DNA of 32,000 nt from Synechococcus elongatus PCC 6301 (GTDB lineage Bacteria; Cyanobacteriota; Cyanobacteriia; Synechococcales; Synechococcaceae): the NCBI RefSeq assembly GCF_000010065.1, contig NC_006576.1, positions 240,001-272,000 on the forward strand. Reading direction: 5' to 3'. Of this stretch, positions 18,295 to 29,366 are shown in pieces. The first letter of the stretch is position 1. Each line of letters begins with the position of its first letter. Below the pieces are notes generated by a model that was given only the letters and a program-made list of their open reading frames with translations, was not told the origin of the DNA and made no database searches. The translations under genes and the position numbers were made by a program.

Positions 18295-19005
18295 TTAGCG
18301 GACGTACCAGTAGTAAGTCGCCATCGGAATCACAGTCGCCAGCACCAGCGATACGATCACCACAACCGTTGAGTTGCCACGGCTTTCTTCCGTTTCTTCA
18401 GCACTCGCGAAGGTGCCTTCAACCCGGGTGGTGTCAATCACGACGGGCGGGCCCGGATCCGGTTCGCCGGAAAGCACTGCCACGAGGCGATCGCTGGCAT
18501 CTAGAATTGCCTGATTGTACTTATTGCCCTGACGCAGCGGTACCTGCATCGTTTCGTCGATCACGCTGGTGGCAATCGCAGGGGTGAGCCGTTCAGCCGC
18601 CACCTCACCGACCCGGATGCCAATCGTGTTGGTAATCGTATCGAGGGCGATCAGCACCTGATTGGCCTGGGCTTCCGCATCGGGATACCAACGTTTGAAA
18701 AGTTGGTCGACAAAGCTATCGATCGTTTCGCCGTAGTCCAAGCGACGCAGGGTCACAAATCGCACCTCGATCCCAGTTTTCTGGGACAGTGGCTGCAGTT
18801 CACCCGTCAGCTGACTTTCATTGATTCGGCTCAAGGACTGGGCTTCATCGACAATCCAAGTGTTGCTACCCGCAGGGACCAAGGGTAAGTCCACCGCACC
18901 CGTTGCCCATGCCGGTGCCATGGGTAGAACCAAACCTGCGATCGCAATCGCAGTACAGAAGCACAGCTTGAGAAGCCTTGCGCAGCGAACCCAAAGTGAA
19001 GTCAT
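18295..19005 (-). CDS. TPM domain (TLP18.3/Psb32-like) protein with signal peptide and C-terminal membrane helix
   Basis: Signal-like N-terminus, IVDEAQSLSRINESQLTGELQPLSQKTGIEVRFVTLRRLDYGETIDSF and a C-terminal TM helix (TVVVIVSLVLATVIPMATYYW). Confidence 0.88.
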   Translation of the reverse strand: MTSLWVRCARLLKLCFCTAIAIAGLVLPMAPAWATGAVDLPLVPAGSNTWIVDEAQSLSRINESQLTGELQPLSQKTGIEVRFVTLRRLDYGETIDSFVDQLFKRWYPDAEAQANQVLIALDTITNTIGIRVGEVAAERLTPAIATSVIDETMQVPLRQGNKYNQAILDASDRLVAVLSGEPDPGPPVVIDTTRVEGTFASAEETEESRGNSTVVVIVSLVLATVIPMATYYWYVR

Positions 19006-19240
19006 AGCAGCGGACAGTCAGTAGCCGCTTTTTATCGTGACATACCGCTGTCGATTGCTTGAGGCAGCGACTGTGCCGCTGGAATTTTTGGGAAGGAGCC
19101 GCGATCGCCTTAATTCGATTTGGTCTGAGTGGTGACAGATCGGGTGGATAGCTGCAATCACGGGCTACCCCTAACAGGCGCAGTCCAGCCGTTATTGGCG
19201 ATCCCTACATACGACTCTGGCTTGGATAGGGCACTTCGAA

Positions 19241-19639
19241 TTAGTGGGTCGACTCAGCCTGCGCGCCTTGAGTTTGCTGTTCTAGCCTCTGCTCCATCTC
19301 CATTTCCCGTGCCAGAAAAAAATTGAGAAAGGTTCGGATCAGTGCTACCGCCCCCAGTTGAAGCAGCGATCGTGTGCTGGGCGATGTGGTGGTCGCCACA
19401 ATATCGGCGCCGAGTTGAAACTCCAAGGCCAAGGAAAGCCAGCCGCCAAAAGTCAGGCGAATCCTGGTGAATGGGGGTTCATTACGCCAAAACTGTCTGC
19501 GGAGCAGACCGCTAAGCCGGAGCGTTGACAGCAGTCCAGCCACCACACAAAGCACAGACAGGCTCTCGAGGCAGAGGCGAATGCCCATTGCCAAGACAGC
19601 AAGGCCATATTCAAAAGGGGCAAGCTCGGGCATGTTCAA
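19241..19639 (-). CDS. DUF1622-like membrane protein
   Basis: 132 aa with RLTFGGWLSLALEFQLGADIVATTTSPS...LGAVALIRTFLNFFLAREME, characteristic of DUF1622. Confidence 0.85.
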   Translation of the reverse strand: MNMPELAPFEYGLAVLAMGIRLCLESLSVLCVVAGLLSTLRLSGLLRRQFWRNEPPFTRIRLTFGGWLSLALEFQLGADIVATTTSPSTRSLLQLGAVALIRTFLNFFLAREMEMEQRLEQQTQGAQAESTH

Positions 19640-19698
19640 GCTCCTGTTGTTGCGATCGCACGATAAGGCAACTCTCAGAAGCTGTCTGGCCCCACCCT

Positions 19699-19992
19699 CT
19701 ACTGACCTCTAATCAGGCTAGAGATACAACTCAGCGAGGCACGGTTGGCAAAATCCTGTTGGAGCTTCTGGTTGTTCTCCAAGCGGACTAAGTAGGCATT
19801 GCCACGAGTCTTAAGCTCGTTCAGCATGCACTGACAAATCGGTTTGGCAAACTGCGATGGTGCCCCTCTGGTTTTGGCAGTTTCTTGGCAAACCTGCAGG
19901 AAGTTGGCCTGCTTATCGGCTGGGATGTCGTCTTGGGCGGTCACTGGAGCAGCGAACCCAAGGGCGATCGCAACAATTGGCAGCAGTTTCAT
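19699..19992 (-). CDS. Small exported hypothetical protein
   Basis: 97 aa with signal peptide MKLLPIVAIALGFAAPVTAQ and four cysteines. Confidence 0.65.
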   Translation of the reverse strand: MKLLPIVAIALGFAAPVTAQDDIPADKQANFLQVCQETAKTRGAPSQFAKPICQCMLNELKTRGNAYLVRLENNQKLQQDFANRASLSCISSLIRGQ

Positions 19993-20106
19993 CGAGTCTT
20001 CCAGAAGGCAAAAGTCGGACAGTAGACAACCGGCCGCATAGTCCTAAGCTGGCCGAGTGTTTATTGGGAGCACTAGACGCTTAAGGCTCTTTTTTGGTTT
20101 CTGAAT

Positions 20107-23100
20107 TTAGGCTGCGATCGCGACTTCTGACAAGCTTCCTTGGAGAGGAGTCAGCCAGGTGATCAAATTTTCCACCTGTTGATCGGCGCTCTGCAGTCCC
20201 AAACCTCGTACCGTCACTCGCCCAGCCGCATAGACAAATCGCCCTTGCAGATTGCTAGGAAGCTTTTCGTGAAGCCGCTTCCAAGCGGGGGCTTCCATCG
20301 GCGTCTCCAGAATGACGTGCTGTTTCGACTCGGTTCGAGTGCGCGCAAAGCCAAGGGATTTAGCGACTTGTTTAAGTTCCATCACCCGCAGCAGTTGCTG
20401 CGCTGAGGCGGGCAGTGAGCCGTAGCGATCGCTCCAATCCGCAGCAATTTGCAGCAGATCTGCCGGTGTTTGCGCCGAAGCCACAGCGCGATAGGCGCTC
20501 ATCTTGGCATCGATGTCGGGGATGTAATCAGCCGGAATGAAGGCCGTCAGGCTGAGGTCGATCTGGGTGTCATCGACCTGGGGAATATCCTGACCGCGAA
20601 TTTCTTGGAGGGATTCCTGCAGCATCTCCATATAGAGGTCAAAGCCGATCGCTTCCATCTGTCCCGACTGTTCCACGCCGAGCAGATTACCGACGCCCCG
20701 AATTTCCAAGTCGCGCATGGCAAGTTGATAGCCGGAACCGAGTTGCGTGAACTCCTGAATCGCTCGCAGTCGCTGCCGTGCCTGATCGGACAGCACCGTC
20801 TCGCCAGGGTAGAACAACCACGCATGGGCTTGGATCCCAGCCCGCCCGACACGCCCCCGCAACTGATAGAGCTGCGACAGGCCAAAGCGCTGGGCGTCCT
20901 CAATCAAGATTGTGTTGACGCGGGGAATATCCAAGCCGGACTCGATGATTGTGGTGCAGATCATCACATCAGCTTCGTTGTTGTTGAAGGCCAGCATGGT
21001 TGCCTCTAGTTCGCCTTCCGGCATCTGACCGTGGGCGACAGCAATGCGTAAGCTCGGCAGCATTTCCTGCAACCGCGTCGCGATCGCTTCAATCCCCTCC
21101 ACGCGAGGCACGACATAAAAGACCTGGCCACCGCGATCAATTTCTTGCGAAATCGCTGTTCGCACTGCCTCCAAGTCGTAGGGCATCAGGTGCGTCTTAA
21201 TTGGGCGACGGGAAGGCGGCGGCGTGGTGATCAAACTCATTTCCCGCACGCCGGAAAGCGCCATATACAAAGTGCGGGGAATCGGTGTGGCACTCAGGGT
21301 TAGGACATCGACTTGGGTTTTGAGCGCCTTGATTTTTTCCTTCTGGTTGACCCCAAAGCGCTGCTCTTCATCGACGACTAGCAAGCCGAGATCACGGAAT
21401 TGCGTACCTTTGCTCAGTAGCTGTTGGGTACCAACCACCACATCCAGTTCGCCAGTCGCCAGCCGTTGCTGAATGTTTTGGCGCTCACTGGCCGTCCGAA
21501 ATCGGTTGAGCAAACCGATCTGAATCGGGTAGGGTGCGAAGCGTTCCTTGAGGGTGTGGTAATGCTGCTGGGTCAGAATCGTGGTTGGGGCCAATAGAGC
21601 AACCTGTTTACCCGCCGTCACCGCCTTGAAGATGGCGCGAACGGCCACCTCTGTTTTGCCAAAACCAACGTCGCCGCAGACCAAGCGATCCATGGGTTGC
21701 GGACTTTCCATATCGCGCTTAACTGCTTCGACAGCCTTGAGTTGATCGGCGGTGGGTTGGTAGGGAAAGGACTCTTCCAGCTCCTGCTGCCAAGGCTGAT
21801 CCGGTGGGTAGGCGTGGCCCTCTTGCTGCGATCGCTGGGCGTAGAGCTTGAGCAGATCGACGGCGACCTTACGGACGGCTTTGCGGGCCTTGGCCTTGGT
21901 TTTCTCCCAAGCCTTGCTAGTCATGCTGCTCAGCTCGGGACGTTCACCGCCCATACCGCGATAGCGACTGAGGCTACCCATCTGATCGGCAGCCACCCGC
22001 AGCAGGCCATCGGCATACTGCAGTACCAGATACTCGCGCATTTCGCCACTGAGGCTGAGGCTTTCTAGTTTGACGAAGCGCCCAATGCCGTGACTGCGAT
22101 GCACCACGTAGTCGCCGGGTTTGAGGCGATCGCGATCGACTTGTTTGGAGGCCGCCCGCCGCCGCTTGCGCACGTAGGTTGGTGAGGCGAGGACGTGCTG
22201 ACCAAAGCACTCGCGATCGGTGATTAAGGTCAGCCGAAACGTCGGCAGACTGAAACCTTCTAGCTCCGCTAACCCCGAATGCTTGAGGGCGATCGGGACA
22301 CGCTTTTCACTGAGGCGATCGATCGCGGGATAGTCGCGGGGATTTGGAATAAATTGCGACGGACAGTCGTGCTCCTGCAGCAGCGCCACCATCCGCGAGG
22401 GTTGAGCTGAGACGAGCCAAATGCTGTGACGATCGCGTTCAGTCCGAATGAAGTCCGCCAGCTTGCCAAATTGGTGGGGCAGAACGGGGAGCGATCGCGC
22501 CGCTAAATCCAGTACCGGCAACTCGCTGTCACTGCTGCTATTGAGTTGTGAAAGTTCAATGCGCTGGAAGCAACGGATTTCTTCCCAAGCAGCTTGAAAG
22601 TCGCGGTGGATGGCGGGCCAAACCTGTGCTTGTTCCTGCCAGTGATCCTGAACGTGCTCAATCCAGCGATCGCTGTGGGCGCGACACTGCAACGGTTCAT
22701 CGATCGCGATCACGGTGCCCGCTGGTAAATAGTCCAGCAGGGAAGCCGATCGCTCAAAGGCTACGCCCAAAAAGCGGCGCATTCCTTCCGGTGGCTGCCC
22801 TTCCTGCCAGGCTTCCTGTTCCGCTTCCGTCAGCCAGTCATCGAGGGAGCGATCGGCGAGCGCCGCTGCGATGACTGAGGCGTAGCTGGTGGGGGTTAAG
22901 CGTAGGACCTCAATTTCATCGAGCGATCGCTGGGTTGCGGGATCAAACTCCCGTAGTCGCTCCAGCTCATCGCCAAATAATTCCAGCCGCACCGGCAGCT
23001 CGGCCGAGACGGGGAAAAGGTCGATAATGTCGCCGCGCCGACTCCACTGCCCCTCCGTCTCAACGGTATCGACGCGCTCGTAGCCAAACTGCGCGAAGCG

Positions 23101-23568
23101 ATCGGCCAGCTCACCGAGGTTGACCTCCTGTCCGCGCTGCAGGGTTTGGCAAAAGGGGCGCAAGGCTTCGACAGGCGGCAAATGGGGTTGTAGCGATCGC
23201 TCGGTCGCCACGATCGCTACTGGCTGACTCTGTTCCAGCAGATCGGCAAGGACTTGCAACTGCCCCCAAACCAGCTCTGATTCGGGATCAAAGGCTTCGT
23301 AGGGCGAGGATTCTGAGGTCGGGTAAAAATGCAGCGTCGGCCAGCCCATGCCTTCCAGCTGCGCAGCCCAGCGACCGGCTTCTTCGAGGGTGGCGCAAAT
23401 CACCAGTAGCGATCGCGACTGGGCTTGGACAAGGGCTGAGGTCACCAACCCCTGCGCTAAGCGACCGGCTCCAATCAGCCGCAGGCCCGATTGCTTCTCT
23501 AACTTCGTCAGCAGGTCTTGGCTGAGGGGCGATCGCGCCAAGGTGCGAATCAGTGCTGAAAAAGTCAT
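20107..23568 (-). CDS. mfd: Transcription-repair coupling factor
   Basis: 1153 aa: [49 protein letters not shown] and a C-terminal TRCF domain. Confidence 0.97.
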   Translation of the reverse strand: MTFSALIRTLARSPLSQDLLTKLEKQSGLRLIGAGRLAQGLVTSALVQAQSRSLLVICATLEEAGRWAAQLEGMGWPTLHFYPTSESSPYEAFDPESELVWGQLQVLADLLEQSQPVAIVATERSLQPHLPPVEALRPFCQTLQRGQEVNLGELADRFAQFGYERVDTVETEGQWSRRGDIIDLFPVSAELPVRLELFGDELERLREFDPATQRSLDEIEVLRLTPTSYASVIAAALADRSLDDWLTEAEQEAWQEGQPPEGMRRFLGVAFERSASLLDYLPAGTVIAIDEPLQCRAHSDRWIEHVQDHWQEQAQVWPAIHRDFQAAWEEIRCFQRIELSQLNSSSDSELPVLDLAARSLPVLPHQFGKLADFIRTERDRHSIWLVSAQPSRMVALLQEHDCPSQFIPNPRDYPAIDRLSEKRVPIALKHSGLAELEGFSLPTFRLTLITDRECFGQHVLASPTYVRKRRRAASKQVDRDRLKPGDYVVHRSHGIGRFVKLESLSLSGEMREYLVLQYADGLLRVAADQMGSLSRYRGMGGERPELSSMTSKAWEKTKAKARKAVRKVAVDLLKLYAQRSQQEGHAYPPDQPWQQELEESFPYQPTADQLKAVEAVKRDMESPQPMDRLVCGDVGFGKTEVAVRAIFKAVTAGKQVALLAPTTILTQQHYHTLKERFAPYPIQIGLLNRFRTASERQNIQQRLATGELDVVVGTQQLLSKGTQFRDLGLLVVDEEQRFGVNQKEKIKALKTQVDVLTLSATPIPRTLYMALSGVREMSLITTPPPSRRPIKTHLMPYDLEAVRTAISQEIDRGGQVFYVVPRVEGIEAIATRLQEMLPSLRIAVAHGQMPEGELEATMLAFNNNEADVMICTTIIESGLDIPRVNTILIEDAQRFGLSQLYQLRGRVGRAGIQAHAWLFYPGETVLSDQARQRLRAIQEFTQLGSGYQLAMRDLEIRGVGNLLGVEQSGQMEAIGFDLYMEMLQESLQEIRGQDIPQVDDTQIDLSLTAFIPADYIPDIDAKMSAYRAVASAQTPADLLQIAADWSDRYGSLPASAQQLLRVMELKQVAKSLGFARTRTESKQHVILETPMEAPAWKRLHEKLPSNLQGRFVYAAGRVTVRGLGLQSADQQVENLITWLTPLQGSLSEVAIAA

Positions 23569-23648
23569 GGATAGATGACCGGTGCGTCAGAGATGAAGTC
23601 AAAGAAGAATTTGTCGATCCATTGTGCCGTTTGGGCGATCGCTGGAAA

Positions 23649-25013
23649 TCAACCCGTAGGCGCATGACTGCCCGCTAAGTTGCGAAAGCGCGTAAATTGC
23701 GGCTCGAATAGCAGCTTGACGGTTCCGACTGGTCCATTCCGATGTTTGGCGACAATAATTTCCGTGATCCCGCGATCGGGCGTATCGGGATTGTAGTACT
23801 CATCCCGATAAATCATCATTACTAAATCAGCATCTTGCTCAATCGAGCCACTTTCCCGCAAGTCGGACATCATCGGTCGTTTGTTCGTCCGTGATTCCAC
23901 ACCCCGACTGAGCTGTGAGAGGGCAATCACGGGTACATTTAATTCACGAGCTAAACCTTTGAGCGATCGCGTAATTTTAGAAATTTCCTGAACCCGATTA
24001 TCACTGGAGCTACCTTCCATCAGCTGCAAATAGTCAATCAAAATGAGCCCCAGTTGCCCACCCTGCTCAGACATCAATCGTCGAGCTTTCGATCGCATTT
24101 CTGAGACAGTCAACCCCGGCGTGTCATCAATAAAAACAGGCAATTGGGAAAGCTGCATAATGCCTTTACCCAGCATCTCCCACTCGTGATCGCCAATCCG
24201 GCCCGATCGCAGGCGGCTACTCTCAATCCCAATCTCCATTGACAACAGGCGGTAGATCAGCTGCTCTTTTGACATCTCCAAACTGAACACACAAACAGGC
24301 AGTTTGTGAGCAACCGTAATGTTGCGAGCAATATTGAGAACGATACTGGTTTTACCCATGGCGGGACGACCCGCAACAATGATCAAATCCGATCGCTGAA
24401 AGCCTTGGGTCATGGCATCCAGATCGTAGTAATTACAGGAGATACCCGAGAGTGCAGTTCCCATGGAACGGCTCTCAATTTCTGCAAAGGTGCTGGTAAG
24501 AATCTCGGCTGCTGGCAACAAGCCCATGGTTGGGCGTTCTTGAGTAATCCCAAAGACTTTTTGTTCAGCCTGATCGAGCACTGCTTCTAGCGGTTTAGTC
24601 GTGTCATAGCCCAGTTGAATGACGGAATTACCGGCTTGAATCAGTTGCCGCCGCAGAAACTTATCGATGACTAACTGAGCGTATTGCTCGACGTTAGCCG
24701 TCGTCACTACGCGATCGACCAGCTTCGCCAGCCGAGATTGACCGCCGACCTTGTCGAGCTGACCGGCATCTTGGAGGGAGGTGGTCAGACTGGTCAGATC
24801 GGTCGGCTGGCCTTGGCTATGCAGCTGGACAGCAGCGCGATAGATGTCGCGGTGGTTGGAGTTGTAAAAGGCTTCGGGTGAGAGTACATCGGCAATCCGC
24901 CCGATCGCCTCGGGATCGAGCAGGATACTCCCGAGAATCGCTTCCTCAGCTTCGACGTTTTGGGGCGGCTCATGGCGATCGGGAAGGATGTCGAAGCGAA
25001 GTTCCTGCACCAT
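23649..25013 (-). CDS. dnaB: Replicative DNA helicase, no intein
   Basis: 454 aa: PPQNVEAEEAILGSIL, IVAGRPAMGKTSIVLNIA, SLEMSKEQL, LSQLSRGVESRTNKRPMMSDLRESGSIEQDAD. Motifs are continuous. Confidence 0.98.
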   Translation of the reverse strand: MVQELRFDILPDRHEPPQNVEAEEAILGSILLDPEAIGRIADVLSPEAFYNSNHRDIYRAAVQLHSQGQPTDLTSLTTSLQDAGQLDKVGGQSRLAKLVDRVVTTANVEQYAQLVIDKFLRRQLIQAGNSVIQLGYDTTKPLEAVLDQAEQKVFGITQERPTMGLLPAAEILTSTFAEIESRSMGTALSGISCNYYDLDAMTQGFQRSDLIIVAGRPAMGKTSIVLNIARNITVAHKLPVCVFSLEMSKEQLIYRLLSMEIGIESSRLRSGRIGDHEWEMLGKGIMQLSQLPVFIDDTPGLTVSEMRSKARRLMSEQGGQLGLILIDYLQLMEGSSSDNRVQEISKITRSLKGLARELNVPVIALSQLSRGVESRTNKRPMMSDLRESGSIEQDADLVMMIYRDEYYNPDTPDRGITEIIVAKHRNGPVGTVKLLFEPQFTRFRNLAGSHAPTG

Positions 25014-25211
25014 GGACGGTCTCAGCAGACGAGTTTATCGATCGTGACATACTCCCACCTCACAGCAGCGGAATCGGTCGCCGCAAGCACCTCGCTCACT
25101 GCCGATCGCCCTAGCTCAGAGGAGTCGACCTCCCAATCCTGCGATCGCAGTCCCTGAGAGAGGGCGATCTAACTGCCTGGGCTTCTGACATCCTTCGGTC
25201 CGCCAGAGTCT

Positions 25212-27971
25212 GTGTCTGAAGCCGAATGGGTCACAATTGAAGGGTCGCCCTCAATTCTGGATGTGCTCGTGAGTCAGACTGAAACAGCCTTTTCGCTGGA
25301 TGTGGCGACGCTGTTTCCGTTCGAGCTAGATGATTTCCAGAAAGAGGCGATCGCGGCACTGGATCAAGGGCGATCCGTCGTCGTTTGTGCTCCCACCGGT
25401 TCTGGCAAAACGCTGATCGGTGAATATGCAATCTACCGAGCGCTGGCTCGGGGCAAACGCGTTTTTTACACCACGCCGCTCAAAGCCCTCTCCAATCAAA
25501 AGCTGCGGGACTTTCGTGAACAATTCGGCAGCGATCGCGTTGGACTGCTGACGGGCGATACTTCGATCGCGCGGGATGCGCCGATTGTGGTCATGACGAC
25601 CGAGATCTTCCGCAACATGCTCTACGGCACGCGGATTGGTGAGGTCGGCACCTCGATGATTGATGTCGAGACAGTAGTGCTGGATGAATGCCACTACATG
25701 AACGACCAGCAGCGTGGCACCGTCTGGGAAGAGTCGATCATCTACTGTCCGCCGACCGTGCAATTAGTGGCGCTGTCCGCAACGGTCGCCAATGGCGGTC
25801 AACTGACCGATTGGATCGACCAAGTTCACGGTCCGACTGACTTAATCTATTCGGACTATCGGCCGATTCCCCTTGCCTTCAGCTTCTGCGGCAACAACGG
25901 CTTGTTCCCATTGCTGGATGAGACAGGCAAATCTATTCATCCATCCTTCAAGGTGCGGCGCAAGACCAAGGGCGCCAAGCACGATCGTAAAGGGCGGGAA
26001 ATTCCTGAGATTCCCTCCCTCGGCTTTGTAGTGGGTCAGCTGCAACAGCGGCAGATGCTGCCGGCGATCTACTTCATCTTCAGCCGGCGGGGTTGCGATA
26101 AAGCCGTGCGTGATCTCGGGCCAATCTCCCTAGTCAACGCCGACGAAGCCGCCCGACTCAAGCAGCGGGTCAACGCTTTTCTGGCCCAAAGTCCCGAAGC
26201 GGCGCGATCGGGCCACGTTGAGCCACTCTTGCGCGGCATTGCCTCCCACCATGCCGGGGTGTTGCCAGCCTGGAAAGGCTTGATTGAAGAGCTCTTTCAG
26301 GAAGGCCTAGTCAAGGTTGTTTTCGCCACCGAAACCCTAGCGGCAGGCATCAACATGCCAGCACGGACGACGGTGATTGCTAGCCTCTCAAAGCGAACCG
26401 ATAGCGGCCATCGGCTGCTGTTGCCCTCTGAGTTCCTGCAGATGTCGGGTCGGGCTGGTCGGCGCGGCTTGGATGATCAGGGCTACGTCGTCACGGTTCA
26501 GTCTCGTTTTGAGGGATCCCAGGAAGCCGCTCACCTCGCAACCGTGGGACCCGATCCGCTGGTCAGCCAGTTCACGCCCAGCTACGGCATGGTCTTGAAC
26601 CTGTTGCAAAAGCACAGCCTCGAAGAAGCGAAGGAGTTGGTCGAGCGCAGTTTTGGTCGCTACCTCGCTACTCTCTCGCTCAAGCCAGAGCAGGAGAAAA
26701 TTGCCGCGATCGCTGCTGAGCGCGATCGCCTCCAAGCAGAGCTGGCGGATGTTGATTTTGCGACTCTTGCTGAGTACGACAAACTCTACGGTCGCCTCAA
26801 GGAAGAAAAGCGGCTGCTCAAAATCCTGCACGAGCAAGCGGAAGAGGTCGTCCATCGCGATTTAGCTATGGCTCTCTCCTTTGCTGTGGCGGGCACCATC
26901 CTCAGCCTCAAGGGTCGCCATGTGCCGGTGCCCGAGCCGCTGCCTGCTGTGCTAATTGCTAAGATTCCTGGCTCAGGCCAGTTCCCTTGGTTGCTCTGCT
27001 TGGGTATGGACAACCGCTGGGTTGTTGCGACGACCTCGGATGTCGTCGGGTTGCATGCTGAACTTGCCCGCATCAGCGCTGTTGATTTCCTTCATCCACC
27101 GGCACAGCTGCACAAACCGGGTCAGCATCACAAGGGTGATGAAGCAACAGCTTGGATTGCTGAAAAGTTGTGGGAATTGAGCCAACGGCATCACCTCGCC
27201 CTCGCGGGCAGTGATCTGGCTGAAGAGGTGGTGCAGCAGGCGGAGCAAGTCGAAGCGGTCAATACGCTTTTGATCAACCATCCAGTGCATTGCTGGCAGA
27301 ACCGCAAGCGCCTGCATAAACGCCAGCAACAGTTGCAAGCGCTGGAGGATGAAATCGGCGATCGCCGGGCTCGCCTCGAAAAATTGGGGCAGCGCCACTG
27401 GCAGGAGTTCCTCAGCTTGATGAGTATCTTGGAAAACTTCTCCTGCTTAGAAGACCTGAAACCAACGGAAATGGGTCAGAACGTTGCGGCTCTCCGAGGC
27501 GACAACGAGCTCTGGTTGGGCCTTGTCCTCATGAGTGGAGAACTCGACGGTTTGACACCCGCTGAATTTGCCGCTGCTAGTGAAGCCTTGGTCACGGAAG
27601 TTTCACGGCCCGACCTTTGGACGCGTTTTGATGTGCCGCCTGCTGTGGAAGATGCCCTGATGGGGGTGCGCGGTCTACGGCGTCAGCTGCAGCAACAGCA
27701 AAGTCGCCGCAATGTCTTTACACCGATTTGGCTCGAACTCGATCTAACCGGTCTGGTCAAAGCCTGGGCAGAAGGCATGGAGTGGAATGAACTCTGTGCG
27801 GCTACCAGCCTTGATGAGGGCGATATTGTGCGCGTGCTGCGCCGCACGATCGATTTCCTCGCTCAAATTCCCCACATGCCCTACCTACAAGGGGGTGTGA
27901 AAAATACTGCCAGTACCGCTCTCGGCTTAATTAACCGCTTCCCCGTGAAGGATATGGAAGATGAAGCCTGA
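25212..27971 (+). CDS. Ski2/Mtr4-like DEAD/DExH-box helicase with C-terminal DSHCT domain
   Basis: GTG start (SEAEWVTIEG), CAPTGSGKTLIGEYAI, VVLDECHYMND, VFATETLAAGINMPARTTVI, QMSGRAGRRGLDDQG. Confidence 0.95.
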   Translation: MSEAEWVTIEGSPSILDVLVSQTETAFSLDVATLFPFELDDFQKEAIAALDQGRSVVVCAPTGSGKTLIGEYAIYRALARGKRVFYTTPLKALSNQKLRDFREQFGSDRVGLLTGDTSIARDAPIVVMTTEIFRNMLYGTRIGEVGTSMIDVETVVLDECHYMNDQQRGTVWEESIIYCPPTVQLVALSATVANGGQLTDWIDQVHGPTDLIYSDYRPIPLAFSFCGNNGLFPLLDETGKSIHPSFKVRRKTKGAKHDRKGREIPEIPSLGFVVGQLQQRQMLPAIYFIFSRRGCDKAVRDLGPISLVNADEAARLKQRVNAFLAQSPEAARSGHVEPLLRGIASHHAGVLPAWKGLIEELFQEGLVKVVFATETLAAGINMPARTTVIASLSKRTDSGHRLLLPSEFLQMSGRAGRRGLDDQGYVVTVQSRFEGSQEAAHLATVGPDPLVSQFTPSYGMVLNLLQKHSLEEAKELVERSFGRYLATLSLKPEQEKIAAIAAERDRLQAELADVDFATLAEYDKLYGRLKEEKRLLKILHEQAEEVVHRDLAMALSFAVAGTILSLKGRHVPVPEPLPAVLIAKIPGSGQFPWLLCLGMDNRWVVATTSDVVGLHAELARISAVDFLHPPAQLHKPGQHHKGDEATAWIAEKLWELSQRHHLALAGSDLAEEVVQQAEQVEAVNTLLINHPVHCWQNRKRLHKRQQQLQALEDEIGDRRARLEKLGQRHWQEFLSLMSILENFSCLEDLKPTEMGQNVAALRGDNELWLGLVLMSGELDGLTPAEFAAASEALVTEVSRPDLWTRFDVPPAVEDALMGVRGLRRQLQQQQSRRNVFTPIWLELDLTGLVKAWAEGMEWNELCAATSLDEGDIVRVLRRTIDFLAQIPHMPYLQGGVKNTASTALGLINRFPVKDMEDEA

Positions 27972-28002
27972 ATAGTCGTGGGTTGAGCCAACTCACTCAC
28001 CG

Positions 28003-28851
28003 CTAGGAACAGGGCTGACAGCGAGGACAAAAGTGACTCGATCGCCCAGCCAGTTTGAGTTTTTGAATCGGAGTCCCGCAAGTGCGACAAGGTTGATCCT
28101 TGCGGCCATAGACCCACGCTTGACCGCCATAGTTACCGTTCACACCCGTTAGATCGCGGAAGTCACTAAAGGTCGTGCCGCCTGCTCCGATACTGGCCGT
28201 GAGGACCTCAACGATCGCTTCCCGCAGTTTTTCCGCCTGGATCTTGGTTAGGCGATCGCTTGGTGTGGTCGGATGAATACCGGTGCGAAACAAACTTTCA
28301 TCGGCATAAATGTTGCCAATACCCGCCACCAAGGACTGATCGAGGAGCGCCGTTTTGATGGGGCGTTGGCTCCGCCGCAGGCGATCGCGCAGATAGCGGG
28401 CGGTGAATTCCGGTGCAAACGGTTCTGGCCCCAGTTTGCTCAAGCCCGTAATCACGGATTCCACAGGGCGATCGGGCGGTACCCACCACATCTGGCCAAA
28501 GCTGCGGATATCAATAAATCGCAACTCGCGATCGCCCTCAAACCGCAGCCGCACCCGCGTATGTTTGGTCAGCGGCGTTGCCGGCTCTGTCCAGAAAAAC
28601 TGCCCTGTCATCCGCAGATGCACGCCCCAAGTTCCTGCAGGCTCTCCCTCACGACTGAGGTCAGCTAACAAATATTTGCCACGGCGTCGCCATTCCTGAA
28701 TTTGGGTCTGCTGCAGCGCCACGAGGAACAGTTCGGGCGTGGGTGTCGCGATCGTACGAGAGAGTAAGACTTCGCCACCTGTGCAAACGCGTTGCAGGGT
28801 TTGTTGAGTCAGTCCACGGCGGACAGTTTCGACTTCGGGCAGTTCAGGCAA
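28003..28851 (-). CDS. mutM: Formamidopyrimidine-DNA glycosylase
   Basis: MPELPEVETVRRGL N-terminus, VAGIGNIYADE, C-terminal zinc finger CRTCGTPIQKLKLAGRSSHFCPRCQ. Confidence 0.98.
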   Translation of the reverse strand: MPELPEVETVRRGLTQQTLQRVCTGGEVLLSRTIATPTPELFLVALQQTQIQEWRRRGKYLLADLSREGEPAGTWGVHLRMTGQFFWTEPATPLTKHTRVRLRFEGDRELRFIDIRSFGQMWWVPPDRPVESVITGLSKLGPEPFAPEFTARYLRDRLRRSQRPIKTALLDQSLVAGIGNIYADESLFRTGIHPTTPSDRLTKIQAEKLREAIVEVLTASIGAGGTTFSDFRDLTGVNGNYGGQAWVYGRKDQPCRTCGTPIQKLKLAGRSSHFCPRCQPCS

Positions 28852-28901
28852 AGTGGAGAGCGATCGCGACCGAAGCAGTATACGGCGAGAAATTCAGCCA
28901 C

Positions 28902-28930
28902 AAAAAACGGCCACAGTGATGTAGCCGTTT
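28902..28930 (-). terminator. Rho-independent-like terminator of psaE
   Basis: Minus strand reads AAACGGCTAC ATCACT GTGGCCGTTTTTT: 10-bp stem with one G-U pair followed by a T run, 30 bp past the psaE stop. Confidence 0.85.
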
Positions 28931-28959
28931 CAGGAACCTCTTGTGAAGACAGAAGCAGT

Positions 28960-29187
28960 CTATTTTTTGGCGGCTGCTGCAACCACTTGTAATTCTGCTT
29001 CGGCAAAGTTGTTGGTGTTGACACCGCCATCCGAGCCGCTGAAGCCGTTGTAGTTCACTTTCTCGAAGCGGACGACCACGGGATACTTGATGCCGCTTTG
29101 GTCGACCGAAGCCACCGTGCCGACTTCGTTGAACCAGTAGGACTCTGGGCGGAGGATCCGAACCTTATCACCACGCGCGATGGCCAT
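28960..29187 (-). CDS. psaE: Photosystem I reaction center subunit IV
   Basis: 75 aa: [51 protein letters not shown], nearly diagnostic. Confidence 0.98.
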   Translation of the reverse strand: MAIARGDKVRILRPESYWFNEVGTVASVDQSGIKYPVVVRFEKVNYNGFSGSDGGVNTNNFAEAELQVVAAAAKK

Positions 29188-29366
29188 AACTGATGCTTCC
29201 TCGATGAGCTTCTGCGATGTCTCAAAAGGCTGGAATCAGCTTGCAGACATCGTTTCTAGACTACTACCGGTGTTCCAATTGCCGAGGCTTCTCGCCTTTA
29301 AGTTTTGTTTCTCTGGACGCTACAGCCCAGTGCGATAATGACCGCCTACCTCCGTGACCTTGGCTT

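Noticed and set aside
23649-25013. Possible intein in dnaB
   Set aside because: The Walker A and downstream helicase motifs are continuous and the protein is normal length at 454 aa.
25014-25211. tRNA or small RNA gene in the dnaB/helicase divergent spacer
   Set aside because: No cloverleaf or T-loop consensus (GGTTCRANYCC) could be found; probably just promoter sequence.
25326-27398. Minus-strand ORFs (145, 155 and 141 aa) inside the helicase gene
   Set aside because: Shadow frames of the long high-GC helicase ORF, whose motifs run continuously on the plus strand.
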